A stretch of DNA of 63,983 bases, the filler included, from Olpidium bornovanus S191 (Eukaryota; Fungi; Olpidiomycota): assembly GCA_017911155.1 (NCBI GenBank). It is 27 parts of 27 records of this genome, joined end to end, with 100 filler letters (N's around TTAATTAATTAA, not from the genome) between each part and the next. Parts side by side here need not be neighbours in the genome. Positions count along the whole stretch, not along the records: positions 12,687 to 15,117 come from JAEFCI010006867.1; positions 15,218 to 16,909 come from JAEFCI010001905.1; positions 17,010 to 20,091 come from JAEFCI010000432.1; positions 20,192 to 23,499 come from JAEFCI010000660.1; 23 more parts are not named here. The stretch is one strand, 5' to 3'. The position numbers were made by a program, and so were the translations under genes. This document shows positions 13,040 through 23,599 of this stretch, piece by piece (the stretch's first letter is position 1; every line of letters begins with the position of its first letter). The notes beneath the pieces were generated by a model. The model was not told the DNA's origin, did no database searches, and saw only the letters and a program-made list of their open reading frames with translations.

Positions 13040-13698
13040 AAAATTCCGAAGTTTATTTTCTACTTGATAAATAGATGCTTCCGCTTGAAATGTTCAAGCC
13101 GAGGCCTGTCCGATGAGTCAAAAAACGTCTGGTTCGGACCATTACGTACCGAGTTATGTCTGATTGAACTTCGTGTCCCATGGTCTGGAGTTTCGCCCCT
13201 CGCACTTACTTCCTGACTTCCTCGCTGGTCGCAATGTCTGCCTCTTTCACGAATCACAATGCATCACAGGTCGCGCCGTGGGACGAGGCGGCCTGCCACC
13301 GAGCACAGAGCTTCGGTAGGGACATCGAAGCGACAACCCCACTTGGCAAGCGTCGCTAGTCCCAAGTACAGGATAGCGTAATTGAGAGAGTGTGGACAAC
13401 CAGTAAATGTACTCTCGATAATAATATAAATCCTAAATAAACAAAAGATAAGGTGAAAAATCGGGAAGAGGAAAAAACAAAAAAAGCGGACCTCAGTTCC
13501 GGCATGCGATGGGACAAGTGGCGTATGGCGACGGAGAACTTCAATTCAAAGTGCCGAAGGCCGCGGGTTGTGAAGATGGTCATTCTTGCAAGCCAAAATC
13601 ATGTTTTCAAATGTGACCGTAGCACGTTTTCTTTTTTTTTTTTTCCTTCCCTGAAAAAAAAGGTTTTTGCGGCCAAAACACCGGCTTTCGACAAGCCG

Positions 13699-15117
13699 TC
13701 AGTGATAGCGAACTTTTGCAACGGCCTGGCGTTTCGGCTTCGCGATGCTCCGCCTTTCCGACATGACCGCAGTTGCCGGTTGCTGATGGTGCGGATCCGC
13801 CGCGCCAGGCGAGGCAGCGGCGTTTGGCGCCGCGGGATGGTGGCTTCCAGGGATCCCGCTGAATAGGTAGTTGTATGACGCGGCCGTTGCCCTGGGAGCT
13901 CGCGCCGCCCTGACCGCCTGCGGCCTGTCGGAGCTGTCACCCGCCGGGCGCTCCGGAGGCGCCGCCCAGTACGACGGCACGCGCGCCTGCTCCAGCGAGG
14001 CCGCGGACCCTGCGGAGATGAGCGAGCTCCCGGTCACCGTGAGCCGCGCGGTCCCGTTGATGAGGCATGCGTTGATGCCGTTCGGTTCCGGCCGCAGGCT
14101 GTACCGAATGTGCTGTCCCACAGGCGGGACAGGCGTCAACGCTGGAGAAGGAGTCTGCCGCGAGGGGACGCTGGTGGGAGACTTGCCTCGGTGACAGGAT
14201 AAAGGGAGAAAAATAACCGCCGATCAGCTGTTTTGATGCGCATTTTTTTTTTATTCCCTTAACCTGAGAAAAGAAGGATGACGGTGGAAGGGGCGGAGGG
14301 GGACGTACCCGTAACTGAGCGGCTCGTTCGGCCAATAACTTCCGCGGCTGCGCTGGTATGACGTATTCCTTGACCCTCGGCGTGTCGGTGACGAGCATCG
14401 AAGATTCAAAGTCCACCGATTGACTGAGTCCAGACGAGGACGGGGTCAACGGGCGGGAGTTGAGGAGGCCGTTGGGCATTTGCACTTGGATCCCGCTCTT
14501 GCTTTCCATCTTCCACAGCCGCGCCTGAATCCTGGGGGGGGGGGACGTCGGACGGCTGGTTGTCAAACGGCCCAACCACCGTCCGGCAGAAAGATTCAAG
14601 TGAAACAGCTCTGGGAAACGCACGTCTGCATGTAATTTTGCTGCGGGCCGACGACGCTCCCGGGCCGGAGCACGCGGAGGAACGCGATGACTTCGGCGGC
14701 GGTGAACTTGTATTCTTTCATGAACCAGGCGCCTATCAGCGTCCCCGTCCGGCCGAGCCCGGCCTTGCAGTGCACGGCGATCACTCCGGGCTGGTTGTCC
14801 GCAATGTCCAGGAACTTCTGGAGTATCTGGTCGGAAGGGCAGCTCCCGTCCGGGAAGTACAGCTCCATGTGATCAATGCCCGCATCGAGGAACTTCCTTC
14901 GGTCGTAGAGCTTGTTGTTCAGCCGCAGCGTGAGCGTGACGCCGTGCTCTTTGAAATACCGCACGACGGATTCGAAGGTGTTGCTGAATCTTGCGGCCAT
15001 GGCCGGCGGTCTCGCCACCAGCAGATGGTGTGTTTCGTCCTGCGGAGACGCAAACGCAATGAACTTCTTGGAGATCCAGTTGAAGTCGCCGTTCTCTACC
15101 TTTTCATAGTGCTCGTA
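13699..15117 (-). CDS. CDC14: Dual-specificity phosphatase CDC14, 5' truncated
   Basis: YEHYEKVENGDFNWISKKFIAFASP, RLNNKLYDRRKF, ELYFPDGSCP, catalytic AVHCKAGLGRTGTLIG, RPGSVVGPQQNYM and a later PAQPRK motif, followed by low-complexity C-terminal exons. Confidence 0.95.
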
Positions 15118-15243
15118 NNNNNNNNNNNNNNNNNNNNNNNNNNNNNNNNNNNNNNNNNNNNTTAATTAATTAANNNNNNNNNNNNNNNNNNNNNNNNNNN
15201 NNNNNNNNNNNNNNNNNAAAAAAAAAAAAAAAAAAAAAAGGGG

Positions 15244-15351
<108 letters not shown>

Positions 15352-15364
15352 AGAAATAAGAAAG

Positions 15365-16830
15365 TCAACGGCGGGACTTTTTGCTTTGCCTGCTCAGTAT
15401 CTCGTCTTGCTCCTTCTCCTCCTCGTCGGCGATCCTCGCGCTTTGTAAACGCGAACGCAAGACAGGTCGGAGAACCGGGAGAAGGGTGTGTGTGTATGTG
15501 TGTGTTTGTGTGTGCGAGAGGGGGTAGAGCGGACGGCGTGGGACAGATCAGCGACACCAACGCGGAGCCAGCCGCCACACGTTCTTAAGCACGACGAGGG
15601 ATAACGCACCTTTTCGCCTCCTCCCGGCGGATTTCCGCGGCGCTGACCTCCATGTCGTCCGAATCGCTGTCGGCAACATACACACTATACAAAGAATCAA
15701 AATTATAAAGCAAAAGAAAAAAAAAAAAAAAAAGACGGTGGCGTAGATAGGAAAAAAAAAAAGTTAAACCGAGCCTTTCGGGTTTTCGGTTCGCTACACA
15801 GCACTTGCGCGAAGCTCACCGTTTCCTTCCCCGGGCGTACAGCCCGCGGATGATGCTGCTGGTATCCGCTGGGTCGATTTCTTCCACGACCTCGGCGAAG
15901 GGCCCGTTGCCGATAATGGTTTTTTTCGGTGAACTGGCACGGGATGCATATTGAACACGCGTCGATGTGCCATAGCGGCAAATACGCGGGAGGCCGGCGG
16001 GATATTTCTGGACAAAGGAAAAACCTCGGAAGAAGCACCAACCTTCGACGAACGCGGCGATCACCGTTCGGTGCCTGCACCGGCTGTGATGTCACCCGGC
16101 TGGGCCCAGCCGCCGGGCGCCGAGCCGCCAGCGAACTGGGCCCAGCAGGGGCCGTGGTTGGAGGAGCGGGGCGGACCTTGACGCTTTGGCGCGTCTCCGA
16201 GGGACCCCCGGAGAGGGCGCCTGCGCCCTTCCCGGGAGGTTCTTCGGTCGCGGGTCCCGCGGCCCGCGCCCTCTCCGGGGGTCCCTCGGGGACGGGTCCT
16301 GCGGCCCTCGCTGACCGCAACCTTGCGTCCAGGGCGGCGCCGCCACCCCTCGCCGCAATTGTGAACAAATTGGTCGATTGCGTCTTCGTCCGAAGGCAAT
16401 CGACCAGCGGCTTAACGGGGAGGGTAGGGCCGCTCTCGCCTACGGTATGCTTCGCCGGCTTCGGAGACCTCGAGCTCGCCGGCGCCGAAGCAGGAGTTGT
16501 TGCCTGCGATTTGGAGCACTGAGATTTTGCCGCTTGAGCAGCAGCCGCCGCCTTCTTTACCGGGATGGCGGGGCAGCTCGAACGCTGCGGTGGTTCCGGC
16601 TTCTTTGCGGCGATTGTTTGTGAGCGGTAGGATGGTCTCGTCAGGCTCGGGCGCTGCGGCGGTGGGCTACCCACGCCCTTCCCTGTGCAGGGGTTGATTA
16701 GCTGGCCATGCAGGTAGTCAAGCGAGACCGTCCTAGTATTTTCCATATACACGTCCGGTTGGTAGCTCCGGGCAATCCATTCTTTTGGCATGAAAATGCT
16801 GATTGTTGCAGGTTTAGAAATCCGCGCCAC
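15365..16830 (-). CDS. SPT2: Chromatin protein SPT2-like (C-terminal SPT2 domain), 5' end uncertain
   Basis: A long Pro/Ala/Lys-rich region is followed by spliced exons DTSSIIRGLYARGRK / VYVADSDSDDMEVSAAEIRREEAK / SARIADEEEKEQDEILSRQSKKSRR*. This matches the SPT2 motif (DDME...I..EE..SAR.A..ED). Confidence 0.72.
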
Positions 16831-17043
16831 CCTCGGTGGAGACTTCTTGGCGGAGCTCAGTGGGGGCCCCGCGGGTATATCGACGGTAACGCTCTCCTTT
16901 TCTGCAGCCNNNNNNNNNNNNNNNNNNNNNNNNNNNNNNNNNNNNNNNNNNNNTTAATTAATTAANNNNNNNNNNNNNNNNNNNNNNNNNNNNNNNNNNN
17001 NNNNNNNNNCATGCGAAAGCAAAAGAAACAAAAAGAAACGCAC

Positions 17044-18482
17044 TCTTCGCCCAGCAGTTCACGAAGTGTCGTTATGCGCTCCTTCATCTGGTGTTTGGAC
17101 TCCAACAGACTTTGTATGTACTCGAAGGCTGGCGAGTAAAGAAATGTTACTTATGAGTGCCCGGACAGAATAAAAATCCTGAACATCAAGGCACGGACAT
17201 ACGTCTGCAGGAGCTTACATTTCTGCAAAATCAAGGCCTCGCTCCGATGGCACTGGCTTAGCGTCGGAACTAGATCGCAGAGCGTGTCGAACCCAATCCG
17301 GATGTTCTGGCGCCGCCGCTGCTCGCTGGCGATATGGTTCGCTTTTCTCTCGCTTTCAGTCAAAAGGTCCTGTCCTTTGGCACCCCTTCTCCCGGGCCTG
17401 GTCCCCGGGACAACGATGGGCTTCAATCCTCGCGGCCCGCCACCCAAAATCGGGGAATTGCTGTATAAAGATATGCCCGCGCACGTCGTAGCGGTTTTCT
17501 GCTTGCTGACCACTCGCGAACCGTTGGCTTTATGGCCTGCACCGGGCTTCCAGTCGAAAAAATCGTTTGAACCGCCGATGAGTGCGGAGCTTGCGGGCAG
17601 ATTTCCGGCGCCGTCCGCGCTAGCCGCCGCGATATCCTTCAGCTCATTTCTCCTCCGACCGCGGGGCTTCGAACCCTTCGCGATCGGCGGCGTGGACGAA
17701 GAAAAGCTCTTTTTCCGCTTGGTCACGGAAGGGGCGTCGGACCCGCATTCGGCCGCAGCCGCGGATTCCCGGGCCGAATTCGCGGTCGCGTTGGCGCCGC
17801 CGTTGTTGCTGGCTTCTCCAAACTTCACGTCGTCTTCAGCCGGCAGGTCACCGCGCGTGCCTGAGGGGCAGGCGCCGACGGGAAGTCCTGTGATGTCCTC
17901 GTTCTGCAGTTGCAGAGGACGAGAAACGGGAGCTTTGGCAGATTGAGCGACATCGCCTGGCTATCAACGCGTGACCGTCACATGGATTCGCAAAAAAGCG
18001 AGCTTCCGTTAGCTTACATTAGCTCCGGGACGCGTGTGGGGAAGGAGGGGATGGACGGATGCTTTCAGGTGGGAAGAGGAGCGGATGCTTTCAAGTGGGA
18101 AGAGGAGGCTCACCGGCGCCACGTCCCGCAGGGCAACGTTTGTGCTCTGACCTACCCCAGGCGCTGCCGGCGGCGCTTCCGTGGGGGAAGGGTACACGAG
18201 AAAATCGTCGGTGGCGAAGCGGTTGAGAAAGTCGGCGAACGCCCTCTGCTCGGTCTCGGAAAGCAGAGCACCAGCAGAGAAGTCAACGACGTTGTTTGAA
18301 GTCTCGTTGAGGCCGGCGGAAGACGACGAGGAAATGATGAGGTCGGCGTACGCCCCGCTCGCGAGGCCGCGACGGACGGCAGCAGCCGCAACAGCCGCGG
18401 CGGTGGTTGGTGAGAGGAAGACGGGCTCCGGCACGCCCCGGACGGACGAGTGGCGTCGAGCAGCGGCCGCGCGCGATGTCAT
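17044..18482 (-). CDS. bHLH(-ZIP) transcription factor, INO4/Max-Mlx-like, 3' truncated
   Basis: LLTESERKANHIASEQRRRQNIRIGFDTLCDLVPTLSQCHRSEALILQK / SFEYIQSLLESKHQMKERITTLRELLGE across a GT-AG intron. First exon starts MTSRAAAARR and contains LLSETEQRAFADFLNRF. Confidence 0.88.
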
Positions 18483-19635
18483 TTTGATACGGGACTTATC
18501 AAAATGAGGCGCCGGTAATAACTTATATCCAACGCTTTCTTGGGGACCGCAAGGTATGAGATAAACCGCGTGAGAGCAGATAAGCCGAAGTCCGTCCCCT
18601 TGCCTCCGTCTATTTCGACCTCCCGGTTAGCACCTTTTGCCAAGTCTGGCCGGTGCGCTGCGGAGGACGACGACGTTTTGGCTACCAAAGGGGCGCGAAC
18701 GGCTGCCCGCGGGGGTTGTGCCCCAAGGCGCCGGCGCGGCGACAGGGGCGCCGCTCTCGCCGCTGGGGAGGGAATTTTTTTGTCACGCGCAAGAATTTCG
18801 TTGTTTCTGTTCCAAAGGCTTCTTCGTTCCGTCTTCCTTTCTGATCTCCTTGTTTGTGGTTTGACGGGCGGGAGGGAGAAGCCCACTGGAGCTCCCCGCC
18901 CGGTCTTTGGCATCTTTGATCACGTGACCGTAGAGCACTCTTCCGGTTCACGACAGTTTCGACAGGGAAAGTTCTTAAAAGGCCAAAAATTTCACAAGGA
19001 TCCTTTCGGCGAACTCCGCTACCTAACAGAGAGAACTTGCCCGGAGGTTCAGTGGTATCAGTTCACAGTCAAAGATTTTGTCATCAAGTCCGCAATGGAA
19101 TTTGCCAGACCTTGGCGCTCTCTCCTGATGGAGCAAAAGCTTGCCAAGATGCGGTGAATGGCCGCGGGCTGCGCTTGGTGAAGCCTTCTCCAGCTCGACA
19201 CTTTTACTCTTGCTCAAAACGAACTTTTCCACTCTGTGCCCATCACATCATCTGAAAGGCGGGAAATATTACTCGGCCGGCCAGCTCACACAAGCAAGCA
19301 AACTCCGGATCCCGCAGCGTGGTCGGCTCATACTGGCGAGGACTCCGGTAACTTGGCCTTTCTGGAAGCTCCCAGCACCCCCGCGCCGGGGACTCAGCAG
19401 TCGCCCGCTCAGTCGCCGGCTGTCGAGAAGCGCAAGCGGGTAGGACGACCGCCGAAGGATCCGCGTTTACCCCGGCATTTTCTTGTAAATTTTACCGAGC
19501 TCGTCTACCGCTATGGACTTGTGCTGGAGTCGCAAGTGTCCGGAAGTTGAGGGGTTTATACCTAAGGTCGGGCGTTCCATTCAGGGGTTGATTGATGGCG
19601 GCCCTGAGATTTCCGTGGTCGAGAGTTGAGTCGTT

Positions 19636-19784
19636 CGTGAAGCCGATCTTGCGTGGTCACCTCTGCCGGCGAGAACGCCCCTGTCGGGGCATGTCCGAAT
19701 ATGGAGCCTGTCCGTGAAGCCGGTCTTGCGTGGTCACCTCTGCCGGCGAGAACGCCCCTGTCGGGGCATGTCCGAATATGGAGC
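19636..19784. repeat. 77-bp tandem direct repeat, 2 copies
   Basis: CGTGAAGCCG(A/G)TCTTGCGTGGTCACCTCTGCCGGCGAGAACGCCCCTGTCGGGGCATGTCCGAATATGGAGC begins at 19636 and at 19713. Confidence 0.92.
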
Positions 19785-20191
19785 TTGTAGTCGCGAATGT
19801 CACAAGCAAGCACAATATCTTTATGCAAGATCGTTTGGGATAGAACATCATTCTCGGTCAGCCCTGAGAGAGTCGCAGCTAGCTGTCGGCAATGCAGACA
19901 TGATGGATCTGGGGTGCTTACTATTACGGAGATGCAGGACGGCCGTGGGGTAACGGGGTTCGGGCAGGTTCATGCCATTGTCAGGGATCAGCATTCACTG
20001 TCTCCTTCAGATTCATTTTGAGTTAAGACCAACGACGCGCACGGCGAAGTTGGAAATGGACTTGTGGATGCAGAGAACGGAAAGCGACAGANNNNNNNNN
20101 NNNNNNNNNNNNNNNNNNNNNNNNNNNNNNNNNNNTTAATTAATTAANNNNNNNNNNNNNNNNNNNNNNNNNNNNNNNNNNNNNNNNNNNN

Positions 20192-20379
20192 CCCTCGAGC
20201 AGACAGAAGTACCTTTGTCTAGCCTCTACTATCGAGAGTGAACATGGCTCATACATAAGAGATTGTCCTCTCTCTATAGTCTCTCATAGCTGCACCACGC
20301 ACACAATACAAAAGTAAAAAGGGCAAACTGAACCAGACCCCACTGTCCTCTGAGCTCGGCTCAGAGGTTATGAGCCCAA
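20192..20379 (+). mobile_element. Putative LTR 3' end plus half-tRNAiMet primer-binding site
   Basis: ...GGCTCA-GA-GGTTATGAGCCCAA (PBS at 20366-20379) lies about 190 nt upstream of a gag ORF. GGTTATG(A/G)GCCC is the copia/Ty5-type PBS complementary to the anticodon arm of initiator tRNA-Met. Confidence 0.65.
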
Positions 20380-20568
20380 AGACCCTCTGAAAGACCTCGT
20401 TTACTCTTCTTACCTGTCAAGGACGGGGCCAGCCGCAAGGCGACAGGCAAAGAACTCGTTGTCTGGAGAGGTTTCTGGTTTGGTCCGCTCACTCTACGTG
20501 TGTACGCGTTTTTTTCCTCTCTCTCTTTCCTCGATGACGGCGTCACCCCTCGATCTCGGATCGACACC

Positions 20569-22071
20569 ATGACCGTCGGGAGGAGTCCATCATCTCGCAC
20601 GCTTGCGGCAAGGGAGGAAGCGGCCTGCTCTGGTGGCCGCGGTACCAAAAACTCTCAGCTTGGCCTCGGTCACGCCTCGCATGAGAGGGGAAAAGCAGCA
20701 GAGTCGGGCGAGTTGTTAAGCGCGTCGTCCAGTACCAAGCCAGGACTGTCGAAAAGCGCGTCAACGCAGCTGACCCTGCCTCAGCCCTCAGCTCCACAAG
20801 CTGTGGAGCGCCTCGAGGCACAGTGAATCAGCCGGTCTGGCTCCTCAGCCGTTGAGAAAAATCCCTCTGACTTGATTCCGGCCGACGAGGTTCGTCGTTT
20901 GTTCAAGCAGACGCAGCAAGAGCTTGCTCGCAAGGACGCTCAAATCGAGCAGTTGATCAAGGCACTTTCACTGCGCGAGGACGAGCCACGGGGCCGCCGC
21001 GGCCGTAGCCACGACCGCGACAAAGACGGGGAAGACTGTCGCCACCGCGGCCCGTCTCCCGCTGAAAGCGTTACCTCGGTCGTTTCTTCGGCTACTCATG
21101 CGAGTCATGCGTTGTTCTCTGAAGAGAAAGACATACGCAAATCCTTGATCGCTGTGATTCCCATGTACTTGGGCGAGGGTGCGACCTCGCTCTTCTTCAC
21201 CTGGACCGCTGCCTTGAAGTGGGTCTTCAATTTTTCGCCCACGTCCGAGCGCGGCAAGATCGTCCTCGCAACCTCGTACCTGACATCTGCCGCCCTCAAA
21301 TGGTGGAACGTGTACAAGACCCATGTTGAGTCCGGAGTGGTCCCTGCTCTTACCACCTTCGAGGAGCTCAAGGCAGCGCTTTGAAAAGAATTCATTTCGG
21401 AAGACTACGAGCTTTGCCTGCATGAACAGCTTAATTCATGCACTCAGGACTCATGCGGAAACTTAGCTGCCTACAATCAGAAAATGCAAGATCTGTATCT
21501 CCAGATCTCCGGCGAGTCCGACACCTCCTGGGTTGCCAAGTATTTCAGGGGTTTGCGTCCGTCGCTGCGCCCCTTAGTCAAGATGAACCTATCGAACCTT
21601 GACTCTTTTCAGAAGGTGATGGCCGCGGCAAATCGTCTCGCCGATCCCTCGGAGACGAATACGAACAAGAACAAGCGTACCGGTCCCACAGATGCATCTG
21701 CATCGACCGCGACCTCTTCCTCATCATCTTCGAAGCAGAAGAAGAAGGGACGGAAGGCCGGTAATGTGCAGAACAACGGCGGCAACCGCAACAACAACGC
21801 GGAGCGGCAACCCTGTTCACACTGTGATCAGCCCGAACACTCAGTTCAACAGTGCTGGCAACATCATCCGGAGTTGCGTCCGAACAACAATGGCAACGAC
21901 AACTGCCGTCCCGCAGCTCGAGTCGCCGAAACCGACGCCGAGCGACGTGTTTTTTCGGCATTCGTCGAGTCGGCCGACGATGCGATCGATGACATCATGG
22001 ACACTACCACCTCTCCCTCAAAATCCTTAACGGTTCACGAGCGTGCCGGTGTCGAGATCGAAAAGCCTTGA
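20569..22071 (+). pseudogene. Retrotransposon gag (capsid plus CCHC zinc knuckle) with two in-frame TGA stops
   Basis: One frame runs from ATG 20569 to 22071, broken by TGA at 20824 and 21382. It contains KIVLATSYLTSAALKWW...TTFEELKAAL*KEF...YFRGLRPSLR (retrotransposon gag) and CSHCDQPEHSVQQCWQHHPELRP (Cx2Cx4Hx4C, 21814-21882). Confidence 0.85.
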
Positions 22072-23599
22072 TGGAGCCCTCTCGTCATCGGGGAGAGTAG
22101 GGCGAAGTGTGATCGATGAGACGGGGGATGGGATGGCAGGTTGCGGAACCGAACCCGCTGGGGGCTTGCGCGTAACAGAGGGGGGGTTGCGAAAGAGCAG
22201 GGCGAGGGAGACGGGACGCTTCTCCTTCGAAGGGCACAAAAGAACCAGCGCGTGAACGGACGCTTCTGCTCCTGGCCCGACGGCGCAGGAAAACGCTCAA
22301 AACTTAACTCCTTCGACTTTGGGCTGCCCGACGGCAGCTTTCATCTCCGACCCCTCTCCTCCGAATGCCCGACGGCAATTTCGACTTCGCTCTCTTTCCT
22401 TTTGACGTCGGGGGTATTTTGCGCGTAGTGGTAGGAGCGTGGACGAAGAAAAAGGAAAGAAAAAAGGGGGGGGGGAGAAAATTCAAAACAAAAGAATTGA
22501 AAGGGAAAAGCAATCAATTTAAGCGAAAGAAAAAGGCAATCAATTTAAGCAAGTCAACCCCCCCCTACGGGAAGGGAAATCGATGGACTCTATTTAATAG
22601 CAAAGCGTCGATCCAGCGGGCAACCATTTGGGGGCCGACAACCGCCCCCCCCGCGCCAGAGCGATGCCTGGGGCGAGGCGCGAATCAACCGTAGCCCCAA
22701 AATGGTGGCCCTTCTTCGCCTGGCATCTCGCGTAGCCCTCGTGCCCCCTTCACACCCCGTTCGACATGCCTTCTCTTCGAGGCTCTTCGGACGGTCTCGA
22801 GTATTTTCCTAATCGGTGCCGAGAGCTCGTTGTCGTCGCCGTCGCACGAGTCCGGTTGCGCTGCTGCCCCGCGGTCCCTCAGCTCCTTCGCCCGCTTCTC
22901 CTTCTTCGCTTTGGGCTTTGCCGCTTTGCCCCCCCCCTCGGGCGTCGACGTTCTCCTCTTCCTTCTCTCTTTTTTTTTTTTTTTTTTGCTCCCCCTCTCT
23001 TCGACGTTGTTCGGTCAATCTTCTTCAGCGCGTCGCCCAGAAATGGCGCCCGGAGTCGGCGGGGTGATTTGCCTGCCCGGCGTCCTTGTATGGCTCCTCG
23101 GCGTCGTTCCATGCTGTCGCCGGCTCGGCGGCCGAGTCGTTCGCTCCTTTGAGCTCTGGGTCGCCGCTGACAAGGATGATTAGGTCGCGTCGATGCTGAA
23201 GCGCCGTCCTTCGCATTCCCGGCGCAAGGTATTCGCGCTATCGAAACACCATGAAGCTGTAGGCGTCGGTGTCGGTTTCGAAGGCCCGGCGGCGCGCTGC
23301 CGCCATCCCGCCGGCGAGGGCTTCGTGCGTGGCGCCAATGAGTGTGTTCCAACGGGCTCGTTCTAGGTCCTGCAGACAGCCGAGTTGCCCCTGGTTCCAG
23401 GCTGACAGCTCCGAGGCCGGCCGCTGGGCTGCTCCCGTCGGCGTCGCCGGCCGGCGATCCGTCGAAGGCAAGGCATTCGCTCGGCATTTTTTCGTCGCCN
23501 NNNNNNNNNNNNNNNNNNNNNNNNNNNNNNNNNNNNNNNNNNNTTAATTAATTAANNNNNNNNNNNNNNNNNNNNNNNNNNNNNNNNNNNNNNNNNNNN

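Noticed and set aside
20824-21384. UGA recoding or programmed readthrough in gag
   Set aside because: TGA is a normal stop in the FAS1, SPT2 and GAPDH genes here, and two mid-gag stops fit CpG decay better.
22441-22480. Purine tract as the polypurine tract of the gag element
   Set aside because: It is not followed by TG or by any copy of the 20192-20363 LTR-like sequence, and purine runs are ubiquitous here.
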